Source: Candidatus Eiseniibacteriota bacterium (GTDB lineage: Bacteria; ARS69). Taken from it: 56,855 bases of DNA. Position numbers and translations under genes: made by a program. How positions within the stretch are numbered: the first letter of the stretch is position 1; each line of letters starts with the position of its first letter. The notes under the pieces are model-generated. The model was not told the DNA's origin. It saw nothing but the letters and a program-made list of their open reading frames with translations, and searched no databases. The stretch covers positions 1 to 56,855 of the forward strand of contig JBQTGV010000035.1 in the NCBI GenBank assembly GCA_052390515.1, written 5' to 3'. This document shows, in pieces, positions 1 through 9,820 of this stretch.

Positions 1-4
1 CTCC

Positions 5-1327
5 GTGCTCGGGCTCTCGGTGAGCCAGTTCCTGTACCTGGAGTTTCCGGACCGGAGCGAGGGCGCGCTCTCCAAGATGAAGTCGCTCCTGGTGAGCCGC
101 AACGTGCTCTCCAGCGTGAGCCGCAACGTGGGTATCGGCGAGTATCTGCTGCTCTCGGGCGAGGAGTCGGACATGGGGGGGCGGGACCGCACCTCCATCC
201 TGGCCGACTCGTTCGAGGGCCTCATCGGAGCCATCTACCTCGACCAGGGCTTCCGGGAGGCGAACCGCTTCGTGCGGCGCTTCCTGCTCTCCGAGATCAA
301 CACGATCCTGAAGGACGAGGAGCACACGAACTACAAGTCGCTGCTGCAGGAGTACGTGCAGTCCAAGAGGCTCTCGCATCCGGTCTACCGCGTGCGCAGG
401 GAAGAGGGGCCCGAGCACGAGAAGGAATTCGCCGTCGATGTGATCGTGCGCGGCGAGACCTGGGGTTCGGGACGCGGCAAGAGCAAGAAGGAGGCGGAGC
501 AGTATGCGGCGCGCGCCGCTCTGGAGCGGCGCAAGGGCAAGGCGGCCACGCGCGAAGCGCGCCCCCGTCCCGAGAACGGACGCCGCGCGAGACCCGAGGC
601 ACGCGAAGGGCGTGCGGAGGTCCGCCGGAGCGAGCGCACCGACCGTGCCGAGCGCACCGACCGTGCCGAGCGCACCGACCGCCCGTCGACCCCGCGTCCG
701 CCGCGAGCCGCCGGCGATCACGGAGTGGCTGCCTCCCGGGAACGGCTGCGTAGCCAGCGCGACGAGGAGCGGGGCGAGCTGCGCCGTTCGCCGCGCGAAG
801 AGCGTCGCCGGTCCTCGCCGCGAGCCGAAGCCGGCGCGGCACCGAGCGCTCCGCCGGCGGGTCGGGAGGCGGTTTCGGCGCCGGCGGGGGCTGAGCCCAC
901 CCGGCGGCCGTCCCGAAGGGGTCGGCGACGCCGCGGTCAGCGGGATGCAGCACCGGGCGAAGTCTCCCGCCCGGTGGCGGAGGGCGACCCGCCACCTCCC
1001 GAGCCCAGGACGCGGGAACCGCGCCCTGCGGAGCCGGTCGCGGAGGCTCCGTCGTCTGCTCACCCCGAGCCTCTGCCGGTCGTCCCGGCCTCGCCGCGCC
1101 CTGTCGCAGCGTTTCCACCCGCGCCTGCCCCGGCTCTCCCGCGGCCGGCGGCCCCGCCCGCGACCGTGCCCGAACCACGCTCGGTCCGCTGGGAGGAACC
1201 TGCGGCCCCCGTGGGAGCGGACCCCGAGCCCGAGCCGGACTCTCCCGAGGCGTCCCCGGGCTCCCCGCCGGGAGACACCTTCACCCGGCGACGGAAGAGG
1301 ACGGTGCGGGGGTTCCGCAAGCGTTGA
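5..1327 (+). CDS. rnc: Ribonuclease III (5'-truncated by window edge) with ~260-aa Arg/Pro-rich low-complexity C-terminal extension
   Basis: RNase III motifs 'EGALSKMKSLLVS' and 'ILADSFEGLIGAIYLDQG'; dsRBD 'NYKSLLQEYVQ...GPEHEKEF...GRGKSKKEAEQYAA'. Confidence 0.95.
   Translation: MLGLSVSQFLYLEFPDRSEGALSKMKSLLVSRNVLSSVSRNVGIGEYLLLSGEESDMGGRDRTSILADSFEGLIGAIYLDQGFREANRFVRRFLLSEINTILKDEEHTNYKSLLQEYVQSKRLSHPVYRVRREEGPEHEKEFAVDVIVRGETWGSGRGKSKKEAEQYAARAALERRKGKAATREARPRPENGRRARPEAREGRAEVRRSERTDRAERTDRAERTDRPSTPRPPRAAGDHGVAASRERLRSQRDEERGELRRSPREERRRSSPRAEAGAAPSAPPAGREAVSAPAGAEPTRRPSRRGRRRRGQRDAAPGEVSRPVAEGDPPPPEPRTREPRPAEPVAEAPSSAHPEPLPVVPASPRPVAAFPPAPAPALPRPAAPPATVPEPRSVRWEEPAAPVGADPEPEPDSPEASPGSPPGDTFTRRRKRTVRGFRKR
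631..682 (+). repeat. 18-bp in-frame tandem repeat x3 (ERTDRA) in the rnc tail
   Basis: cgagcgcaccgaccgtgc occurs about three times in tandem. Confidence 0.9.
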
Positions 1328-1332
1328 CGGTG

Positions 1333-1358
1333 AGGGCTCCCCCGCGACGGGGAGCCCT
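1333..1358 (+). terminator. Hairpin just after the rnc stop (possible terminator)
   Basis: agggctcccc...ggggagccct, 10-bp stem; only a weak U tail. Confidence 0.55.
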
Positions 1359-1381
1359 TCCGCCGGACCCTGCCCGGCGTC

Positions 1382-1433
1382 CAAGATCGAGGCGAAATCG
1401 GCCCCGGCATTCAAGATCGAGGCGAAGTCAGCC
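1382..1433. repeat. 22-bp imperfect direct repeat, 30-bp period
   Basis: caagatcgaggcgaaatcggcc (1382-1403) and caagatcgaggcgaagtcagcc (1412-1433). Confidence 0.8.
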
Positions 1434-1525
1434 GATCTTTGCCGAGATTGGCTCGATTTGTCGGCCCGCGCCCCCGAGCGCGCCCGGGCCGCTCGCGATC
1501 TCATCGTTGCTCGAGCAGGTCGATC

Positions 1526-4500
1526 ATGGATCCGTCCGATCCGACACCGCCGCGCTTCGAGGATGACCTCGCTTACCTCGTGCTCTTCAGCGAGGCGCTG
1601 CTCGACGTCGTTCCGGAAGGAGTGGCCGTTCTCGACGAGCGCCTCCGCGTTCGGGCCGCGAACGGCGCCTTCGCGCGGGCGTTCGGTCAGCCCGGCTCGG
1701 ACCTCGCCGGACGCCCGCTGTTCCAGGCGAAGGTGCCGGAGAGGCAAGGCCGGCTGCTGGGCGACCTGCTCCGGGAGCTGGCTTCGGGAACGGGCGAAGG
1801 GCTCCAGACCCGCGTGGACGCCCCCGGCGAGTGGGGTGGGAAGCGCTGGAGCGTGCGGGCCACGGGATGGGACGCGCAGGACGAGCGCTTCCGGCGCGTC
1901 CTCCTCTGCGTCCGACCGGAAGTCGAGCGGGAGGCTCCCGCCGGAGCGGAAGGGGCTCCCCCGCGCGAGGAAGTGCTCGACCGCCTCTTCCGCCTGACGG
2001 CCCGCCAGGAGGCCCTCCTCCGCAACCTGCCGCTGGGGATCTGCTTCGTCGACGCGGCCCTCCGCGTCCGGGCGGTCAGCCGGCGGCTGGAGGAGATCTT
2101 CGGCCGGCGGTTCCGGCCGGACGGGCCCGGCGACGCCCACCTTTTCGCGGTGTTTCCCGAGCTTCGCGACTCGGATCTCCTCGAACGACTGCAGAAATGC
2201 CGCGATTCGGCCGATTCCATTCGGGGGACCCTGACCGTCACGCGGGCGGACGGGGCCCCGGTCGAAATCGAGGTCGAGGTGCAGCCCGTCGCCGGCCGGA
2301 CGCCGGACGCCGCCGCGCTTCTCCTTCTCTTCCACGAGGTACGAGGCATGTTCCCCTTCTCCACGCCGAAGCCCGAGACGCCCACGGCCATTCCCGCCGG
2401 GCCGTCAGCCATCCTGGCGCCCGAGAATCTCGCGCGGTGGATGATGCCGCCGAACCGGCGCGTCCTCGTCGTCGAGAAGGACGGCTGGTCGCGCATGGTG
2501 CTCGCCGACACGATCCGCGAGGCGGGGGAGAACGACGTCACGCTGGCCGACTCCGCGATCGAGGCGCTCGGCCGCCACGACCCGAACGCGTTCGGGCTGA
2601 TCCTCGTGGGAATCGACACCGACCCGACGGACGCGGCCGGTCTCTGCCGCCGTCTCGCCACGGAGAGTCCGCGCGTCCCGGTGCTGCTCGTCACTCATCG
2701 TTCGCCCATGGAGATCGGCGAGCCGTTCTCCGAGCTCCCGGCGCTCGGCGTGCTCACGCGCCCGACCTCCAGCGACGTCGCGCAGGTCCTGCGTGGCCTG
2801 TTCCGAGAAGTGCCCGGCGCGGTGGAGCCGCCCGCCACGATGCGGCCCGAGCGCCACGAGCCCGAGCAGCGCACCTACGACGTGATCGTGCTCGGGGCAG
2901 GAGAGGCCGACGTGCCCGTCCTGCGCCTGCTCTACCGCGTGCAGCGCGTCCGCGTGCGCATGGTGTTCGATCCGGACCCGAACGCGTTCGGCCTGTCGCT
3001 CGCGCAGAACCTGGGGATCCCGGCCCTCTCGGGCGAGCTCCGGCTCGAGCTGCCGACTCCCCCGGACGCGGTGGTGATCGCGCGCCCCGGGCTCGAGTCG
3101 CACCTCGCCACTCTGGATCTCGGAGCCGTCACCCGCGTCACGCGAGACGAGATCGAGCTCTTCCTCGTCGATCCGGACTCGTTCATCGCCGCGGATCGGC
3201 CCCGGCCGGCCGCGCCTGCGCCCGCGCCCATTCCCGCACCCGCGCCCATTCCGGCACCCGCTCCCGCCCCGCGGCATGAGCCCCCCCGCGACGAGAGCCG
3301 TCCGGAAGGCCCGCCGTCCCTCGGAGCGGAGGTGCTGACCCAGCTGCACGAGCGCGTCGTGGCGGAGCCCGCTCCGCCCCCGGCCCCGCAGCCGGCGGTC
3401 CCGGAGAACAAGATCGCCCGCGACGTGGACGCGTTGCTCGGCGCGCTGGATCTGCTGCTCGACTTCGACCGCTTCGCCGACCGCGTGCTGGAGATGGCGC
3501 TCGCGCTGACCGGTGGGAACGCAGGAAGCCTCATGGTGCTCCGCGAGGATCGCCGGGAACTGCGCATCGCCGCGTCCCGCGGGCTCTCCGACCTCGTCGC
3601 CCAGAAAGCCCGGCAACGGGTGGGCGCCGGTGTCGCCGGACGTGTGGCGGAGAGCGGCGAGCCGCTGCTGCTGACCGGAGCCATCCGCGACGAGAGCCTT
3701 GGCCGGGAATGGGATCGCCCCGACATCCGCTCGTCCATCTGCGTACCCGTGGTCTCCGAGGAGCGTGTGATCGGTGTGATCTGCATGAACTCGGACGCGG
3801 AGCAGGAGCCCTTCGGCCGCGAGGAGCTGCGCAAGGTCACCGAGCTCGGACGGCAGGTCGGGCCGGCGCTGGACCGCTCGCTGCTGCTCCGCCGGATGCG
3901 CGGGCGTTCCTTCGAGCTGGCCGTGCGCGCCGAGATGGAGACGATCGCCACCTCCGGCGAGGACGTGCTCTCGCGCCTGCAGCGTATCGCCGGCCGCCTC
4001 GTCGACATGCTCACCCTGGACACCTGCTCCATCTACCTGTCGAGCAGCAAGAGAACCGACCTGGTCATGCGGGTCTCCGTCGGCGTGTCCGCGCAGACGA
4101 CCGATGCCGTTTCCGTCCCGATCGGCACCGGCGTCGTGGGCTGGGTGGCGAAGAACCTTCGCCCCATCGTCCTGAAGAGCACGATCGACGACCACGAGGC
4201 GGCCGTCGTCATGGCCGCGCTCCCGGTGCGGCATCACACGGACCTGGTCGGCGTCCTGGTGGTGGAATCCACCTCCGACGTGTGCTTCGACGAGGAGCGG
4301 CTGGAGATCCTGGTCTCCGTCGCGGCGGTCATCGGCCGCGAGGTCGGCGGTCTGCGCGCCCACGAGGACTCGGAGCGGCGCCTCACCATGCTGTCCGCGC
4401 TGAGCGAGCTCGGCGTCGCGTTCGGTGCGGTGCCGGAGCGGGAGGGCCTGGCCCGGCTGCTCGCCTTCACCGCGTGCACCGTGCTGGAGTCGGACGTTTC

Positions 4501-4939
4501 CAGCGTGCGCCTGCTCGCGGCGGGCTGCTCGCCGTCCTCGCGGGAGCCCGCGCACTTCGAGCTGCTCTCCGCGCACGGGGCGTCCCTGCCGGGCGGCGGG
4601 GATCCGCTCTCCGACCTCGAGGAGCGCATCGCACGCGAGACGGTCGTCACCCGCCAGCCTTGCCGGGATACCGATCTCTCCGGCGATTGGGTCCAGCCTC
4701 ACCTGGAGCGAGCCAACGTCTCGGCGGCGCTCGGTCTGCCTCTCGCGTCCGGGGACGACCTCTTCGGCGTGCTGGTCGTGTACCGGGTGGCCGACGCGCA
4801 GGGGACCTCGGCCGCGTTCCGGGACGAGGAGGTGGAAGTGGCCACGCGGCTCTCCGGTTACGCCGCCGCGTCCGCGCAGCGGTTCGTTCCCGAAGCCCCG
4901 GCCCCCGACCGGCCCTCCTTCCCGGGGGATGCGCGATGA
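1526..4939 (+). CDS. Multidomain sensor: 2 PAS, degenerate REC, Rossmann-like domain, Pro-rich linker, 3 GAF; no output domain seen
   Basis: PAS 'LLDVVPEGVAVLDERLRVRAAN' and 'LLRNLPLGICFVD'; REC-like 'RVLVVEKDGWSRMVLADTI'; 'VIVLGAGEA...FDPDPNAFGLSLAQNLGIP'; GAF 'VGAGVAGRVAESGEPLLL' and 'IGTGVVGWVAKNLRPI'. Start set at ATG 1526. Confidence 0.8.
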   Translation: MDPSDPTPPRFEDDLAYLVLFSEALLDVVPEGVAVLDERLRVRAANGAFARAFGQPGSDLAGRPLFQAKVPERQGRLLGDLLRELASGTGEGLQTRVDAPGEWGGKRWSVRATGWDAQDERFRRVLLCVRPEVEREAPAGAEGAPPREEVLDRLFRLTARQEALLRNLPLGICFVDAALRVRAVSRRLEEIFGRRFRPDGPGDAHLFAVFPELRDSDLLERLQKCRDSADSIRGTLTVTRADGAPVEIEVEVQPVAGRTPDAAALLLLFHEVRGMFPFSTPKPETPTAIPAGPSAILAPENLARWMMPPNRRVLVVEKDGWSRMVLADTIREAGENDVTLADSAIEALGRHDPNAFGLILVGIDTDPTDAAGLCRRLATESPRVPVLLVTHRSPMEIGEPFSELPALGVLTRPTSSDVAQVLRGLFREVPGAVEPPATMRPERHEPEQRTYDVIVLGAGEADVPVLRLLYRVQRVRVRMVFDPDPNAFGLSLAQNLGIPALSGELRLELPTPPDAVVIARPGLESHLATLDLGAVTRVTRDEIELFLVDPDSFIAADRPRPAAPAPAPIPAPAPIPAPAPAPRHEPPRDESRPEGPPSLGAEVLTQLHERVVAEPAPPPAPQPAVPENKIARDVDALLGALDLLLDFDRFADRVLEMALALTGGNAGSLMVLREDRRELRIAASRGLSDLVAQKARQRVGAGVAGRVAESGEPLLLTGAIRDESLGREWDRPDIRSSICVPVVSEERVIGVICMNSDAEQEPFGREELRKVTELGRQVGPALDRSLLLRRMRGRSFELAVRAEMETIATSGEDVLSRLQRIAGRLVDMLTLDTCSIYLSSSKRTDLVMRVSVGVSAQTTDAVSVPIGTGVVGWVAKNLRPIVLKSTIDDHEAAVVMAALPVRHHTDLVGVLVVESTSDVCFDEERLEILVSVAAVIGREVGGLRAHEDSERRLTMLSALSELGVAFGAVPEREGLARLLAFTACTVLESDVSSVRLLAAGCSPSSREPAHFELLSAHGASLPGGGDPLSDLEERIARETVVTRQPCRDTDLSGDWVQPHLERANVSAALGLPLASGDDLFGVLVVYRVADAQGTSAAFRDEEVEVATRLSGYAAASAQRFVPEAPAPDRPSFPGDAR

Positions 4940-5172
4940 ATCAGGGTCTGGAGGTCGCCGAGGAGGCCGGACGGATCGGGCACGACCTCAACAACTGCCT
5001 CGGCGTGGTGAGCGGCCGTGCCGAGCTGATCCGCATGCATCTGGACCGCGGGAACGCGGACGGCGCCCGGAAGGGCATCGAGGCGATCCTGGGCCAGATG
5101 GAACGCATGAAGGAGCTCTCGGACGCGCTCCGGGAGCTCCGCAGCCGCTTCTCGGGTCCTCCGGGCAGTTGA
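4936..5172 (+). CDS. Stand-alone HisKA/DHp phosphoacceptor-like protein (78 aa)
   Basis: MNQGLEVAEEAGRIGHDLNNCLGVVSGRAELI... H-box (HDLNN) plus second helix; ATGA overlap with the upstream stop. Confidence 0.75.
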   Translation: MNQGLEVAEEAGRIGHDLNNCLGVVSGRAELIRMHLDRGNADGARKGIEAILGQMERMKELSDALRELRSRFSGPPGS

Positions 5173-5198
5173 CCCGTCGCGCGGGGCTCGGCTAGGCT
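5169..5198 (+). promoter_or_regulatory. Putative sigma70 promoter of the gap operon
   Basis: TTGACC-N18-TAGGCT. Confidence 0.5.
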
Positions 5199-5270
5199 CT
5201 CCGCCCCGGCGGTTCGAAATCGCGATACCGCCTCCCGCACCGCGCTGTCTCCTTCGGCGGAGGTTTCGCC

Positions 5271-6281
<1,011 letters not shown>

Positions 6282-6283
6282 TC

Positions 6284-7495
6284 ATGGCCCTGGTGCGCAC
6301 CCGCAAGCTCTCCGTCGAGGATCTCGACGCGCGCGGCCGGCGCGTGCTGGTCCGCTGCGACTTCAACGTGCCGCTCGCGTCCGGCGAGGTGGCCGACGCC
6401 ACGCGGATCCTGGCCAGCCTTCCGACCATCCGTCACCTGCGCGCCCAAGGCGCGCGCGTCATCTTGATGTCGCACCTCGGTCGGCCCAAGGGCAAGCCCG
6501 ACCCCGCCCAGAGCCTCGCCCCGGTGGCGAAGGTGCTGGCCCGCGAGCTCGGCGTGGCGGTGAAGGCCGCGCCGGATTGCGTCGGGCCGGAGGTGGAGAA
6601 GATGGCGCTCGGACTCGGGGACGGCGAGGTGCTGCTGCTCGAGAACCTCCGCTTCCACGCCGAGGAGGAGGCGAACGACGCGAACTTCGCCCGCCGCCTC
6701 GCCGCGCTCGGGGAGCTGTACGTGAACGACGCGTTCGGCACGGCGCACCGCGCGCACGCCTCGACCGCGGGAGTGACTGCGCACGTGCGCGCCGCCGCCA
6801 CGGGCTTCCTCATGCAGAAGGAGCTCGAGTACCTCGGTGCTGCTACTGCTTCGCCGGAGCGCCCGTACGTCGCCGTGCTCGGCGGGGCGAAGATCAGCGG
6901 CAAGATCGACGTGCTGGAGAACCTCTTCGGGAAGGTGGACGCGCTGCTCGTCGGCGGCGCCATGGCGTGCACGTTCTTCCGTGCGCGGGGCCTGGAGACG
7001 GGGACGAGCCTCGTCGAGGAGGATCGGGTGGCCATGGCGAAGGCGCTGCTGGAGCGTGCCGCCCGCGATCGCATCGACCTCGTCCTGCCGTCGGATTGCG
7101 TCGTGGCCCAGGAGGCGAAGGACGACGCCGTCGCCGAGGTGGTTCCGGCCGAGCGCATTCCGGCCGACCGCGCCATGCTCGACATCGGGCCGGAGACGGT
7201 GAAGGGTTTCGCCCGGCGGATCGCCTCGGCGAAGACCGTGCTGTGGAACGGGCCGATGGGCGTCTTCGAGCGGGCCCCCTTCGCCGCGGGAACGATGGGC
7301 GTGGCGCGGGCCATGGCGCGCGCGACCACCGGCGGGACCGTGACGATCGTCGGGGGAGGGGACTCGGCCGCGGCCGTGGCGAAGGCGAATCTCGCCGGGT
7401 CGGTGAGCCACGTCTCCACCGGCGGGGGTGCGTCGCTCGAGTTCCTGGAGGGGAAGGTGCTGCCCGGCGTGGCGGCCCTGACGGAGGCGGCGTGA
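6284..7495 (+). CDS. pgk: Phosphoglycerate kinase
   Basis: RCDFNVP, SHLGRP, LENLRF, DAFGTAHRAHAS, STGGGASLE. Confidence 0.98.
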   Translation: MALVRTRKLSVEDLDARGRRVLVRCDFNVPLASGEVADATRILASLPTIRHLRAQGARVILMSHLGRPKGKPDPAQSLAPVAKVLARELGVAVKAAPDCVGPEVEKMALGLGDGEVLLLENLRFHAEEEANDANFARRLAALGELYVNDAFGTAHRAHASTAGVTAHVRAAATGFLMQKELEYLGAATASPERPYVAVLGGAKISGKIDVLENLFGKVDALLVGGAMACTFFRARGLETGTSLVEEDRVAMAKALLERAARDRIDLVLPSDCVVAQEAKDDAVAEVVPAERIPADRAMLDIGPETVKGFARRIASAKTVLWNGPMGVFERAPFAAGTMGVARAMARATTGGTVTIVGGGDSAAAVAKANLAGSVSHVSTGGGASLEFLEGKVLPGVAALTEAA

Positions 7496-8259
7496 GAACG
7501 CCTCTGGTGTGCGGCAACTGGAAGATGTTCAAGACGCCGACGGAGGCGCGCAAGCTCGCCCGGGAGATCCGCAACGGCCGGCGCGGGACGGGGATCGGCG
7601 TCGAGGTGTGCGTCTGCCCCGCGTTCCCGGCCATCTTCGCCGTGGCCGAGGCGCTTCAGGGCTCGGACGTGTCCTGGGGCGCTCAGAACTGCTCTCCGAA
7701 GCCGGAAGGCGCCTTGACGGGAGAGGTCTCGGCGCCCATGTTGGTTGACCTCGGTTGTCGTTTCGTGATACTCGGCCACTCCGAACGGCGGCAGCACTTC
7801 GGCGAAACCGATCGGATGGTCCGGGAGAAGCTGGAAGCAGCGCTCGGAGCCGGGCTCGTGCCGATCGTGTGCGTCGGCGAGACGCTGGCCGAGCGGGAGG
7901 CCAGCCGGACCGAGGAGGTCGTCGACGCTCAGGTCGGCGGGGCGCTCGACGGGTTGCCCGGACCGGAGGTGGCTAGCCTGGTGCTGGCCTACGAGCCGGT
8001 CTGGGCGATCGGCACGGGCCGGACCGCCACCCCGCAGCAGGCGGAGGCCGTGCACCGCAGGATCCGGGTCGGGTTGTCGGAACGGTTCGGTGAACCGGTT
8101 GCGGTCGCCGCCCGGATTCTCTACGGGGGAAGCGTGAAACCGGACAATGCGGCGGAGCTCTTCCGGGAGCCGAACATCGACGGCGGCCTGATCGGGGGCG
8201 CGTCCCTCTCCGCCGCCGGATTCCTCGAGATCGTGGAGGCGGGATGCTCTACGCGATAA
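7492..8259 (+). CDS. tpiA: Triosephosphate isomerase
   Basis: GTG start overlapping the pgk stop; GNWKM, GHSERR, AYEPVWAIGTG, YGGSV, GGASL. Confidence 0.97.
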   Translation: MRTPLVCGNWKMFKTPTEARKLAREIRNGRRGTGIGVEVCVCPAFPAIFAVAEALQGSDVSWGAQNCSPKPEGALTGEVSAPMLVDLGCRFVILGHSERRQHFGETDRMVREKLEAALGAGLVPIVCVGETLAEREASRTEEVVDAQVGGALDGLPGPEVASLVLAYEPVWAIGTGRTATPQQAEAVHRRIRVGLSERFGEPVAVAARILYGGSVKPDNAAELFREPNIDGGLIGGASLSAAGFLEIVEAGCSTR

Positions 8260-8681
8260 TCCTCGGCGTGCACGTGGTGGTCTGCGTGCTGCTGATCCTC
8301 GTGGTTCTCTTGCAGTCCTCGAAGGGTGGCGGCTTGGCCGGCGGAAGCGCCTTCGGCGGAGGTGCCGAGCTCACCATGTTCGGTGCGCGCGGCGCCGCGA
8401 CGGTGCTTTCCAAGGCGACGACTCTCTTCGGATCGCTCTTCATGATCACGTCACTCACGCTCACGCTGCTGGGCGCGGGCCGGACGTCGCAGCCGTCGAG
8501 CGTCGTGGCGGAGGAAGCGGCGCGCGCGCCCGTCGGGGTTCCGGTCACGGAGACCGCTCCGCCGATGCCGGCCGCGGATCCCGGGAGCGAAGCGGCTCCA
8601 CCGGCGCTTCCCGCTCCTCCGGCCGAGGGTGGGACGAGCGAGGGCGAGACGGCGGTTCCGCAGGGAAGCACGGGGCCCTAG
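8244..8681 (+). CDS. secG: Preprotein translocase subunit SecG
   Basis: TM 'LLILVVLLQSSKGGGL...FGG...LSKAT'; usual tpiA-secG-tRNA-Leu synteny. Confidence 0.93.
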   Translation: MLYAIILGVHVVVCVLLILVVLLQSSKGGGLAGGSAFGGGAELTMFGARGAATVLSKATTLFGSLFMITSLTLTLLGAGRTSQPSSVVAEEAARAPVGVPVTETAPPMPAADPGSEAAPPALPAPPAEGGTSEGETAVPQGSTGP

Positions 8682-8692
8682 GGAAGAGAAAC

Positions 8693-8777
8693 GCCCGGGT
8701 GGTGAAATTGGTAAACACGCACGGTTGAGGGCCGTGTGGGGCAACCCTTGCGGGTTCGAATCCCGCCTCGGGCACCA
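8693..8777 (+). tRNA. tRNA-Leu (anticodon GAG)
   Basis: GCCCGGG acceptor pairs with CTCGGGC-ACCA; anticodon arm cacgg-TTGAGGG-ccgtg; long variable arm; T loop GGTTCGAATCC; encoded CCA. Confidence 0.97.
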
Positions 8778-8781
8778 CTCA

Positions 8782-8822
8782 CGAAAGAGCCCCGCGCGCG
8801 GCGCGCGCGGGGCTCGCTTTCG
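8782..8822. terminator. Bidirectional intrinsic terminator
   Basis: cgaaagagccccgcgcgc...gcgcgcggggctcgctttcg hairpin between convergent units. Confidence 0.8.
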
Positions 8823-8843
8823 TACGGGAGCGGGTGCCAGCCG

Positions 8844-9530
8844 TTACTTGTGGTACCCAGCCTTGATCTGGCCCCAGGTCGATTCATCCACCGACACCGG
8901 GCAGCTCGAGTTCGCAGCACCCGGCGTGTCCACCACGCACTCGGGGGTGAACTGTCCGATGATCCAGCCGCTGCCCGCGCAGAAGTAGATGTGGCCCGGC
9001 GCGAAGGCGCCGTCCGGACCCACCACGTTCGGGCTGTAGGTCAGCTCGGAGGTCGCCGAGACGAACAGAGCGACGCTGTCCACCAGCTGGCTCCACGGCG
9101 TGACGTCGAGAGTGCCGTCGTCGTTCGTGTCCAGGTCCTGGCCGTTCGCGCCGGTGAAGCCGAACACTAGCATGTGCGTCACGTTGTCCGAGTTCTCGAA
9201 GTTCAGGGCCTGGTTCACGGCGTCGTAGCCGCCGCACTGGCCCGTCGTGGACGAGTCGTCGTCGTGATACGCGAAGAGGCCGTCCGCCTGGAGCGAGAAC
9301 GCGGCGAGGCTCGTCACCTGCTCGATGACGCCGGATCCGCCGGTGCCATCGCCGAGGACGATGTAGTGGTAACCGGCGAGCGAGGCGCCGGCCGTCCCCT
9401 TCAGCTCGAAGTACTCGTCGTTGTCCGTGCCGAGATCGTCGGTGCGGATCTCGTTGATGCTGACCTGCGCCGACGCGCCGAGTGCAAAGACCAGCACGGC
9501 GGCGACGCCGAGAAGTAGCGCTCTCTTCAT
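8844..9530 (-). CDS. Secreted lamin-tail-domain-like protein with C-terminal PVSV..TWGQIKAGY tail
   Basis: Signal peptide MKRALLLG...ASA; 'VSINEI...DEYFELKG...SLAGY' LTD-like start. Confidence 0.75.
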   Translation of the reverse strand: MKRALLLGVAAVLVFALGASAQVSINEIRTDDLGTDNDEYFELKGTAGASLAGYHYIVLGDGTGGSGVIEQVTSLAAFSLQADGLFAYHDDDSSTTGQCGGYDAVNQALNFENSDNVTHMLVFGFTGANGQDLDTNDDGTLDVTPWSQLVDSVALFVSATSELTYSPNVVGPDGAFAPGHIYFCAGSGWIIGQFTPECVVDTPGAANSSCPVSVDESTWGQIKAGYHK

Positions 9531-9667
9531 TGAGGGGTCCTCCTGGGCAGACGCGCCCGGGGTTTTCGTGACTGCCGGCGGGACCGCGGTGACCCGCCGA
9601 CCGGAGGGGGCCGGTCTTGCCCGAGGGGGCCGGACCGAGCCAGCTGCACGGGTTCGCGCAGCCCTTC

Positions 9668-9697
9668 AATATAAACGTTCGCCCCGGGAGAGTTCAA
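9668..9697 (-). promoter_or_regulatory. Putative sigma70 promoter
   Basis: TTGAAC-N18-TATATT on the minus strand, in an AT-rich patch. Confidence 0.5.
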
Positions 9698-9820
9698 TGC
9701 AGGTCGGGTGAAGATCTGCCAAGGGAAGCCAAGAATCCCGATCCCCGGCGAGGAATCGGCGCGGCCGCGTCCGCCGCCAGGGTCCCACGCTCCACGGCGA
9801 ACTTCCCGCTCGCCGTTCGC

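Noticed and set aside
1382-1433. Mini-CRISPR
   Set aside because: Only two units with an 8-bp gap, and no cas genes.
3211-3270. APAPIP coding repeat in the sensor protein
   Set aside because: Ordinary in-frame Pro/Ala linker.
8693-8830. tRNA-Leu as an integration site
   Set aside because: No integrase and no duplicated tRNA 3' end noticed in the window.
9531-9660. Riboswitch in the long leader of the LTD-like gene
   Set aside because: A short direct repeat (gagggggccgg x2) and GC stems are present, but no recognisable aptamer consensus; needs an Rfam cmscan.
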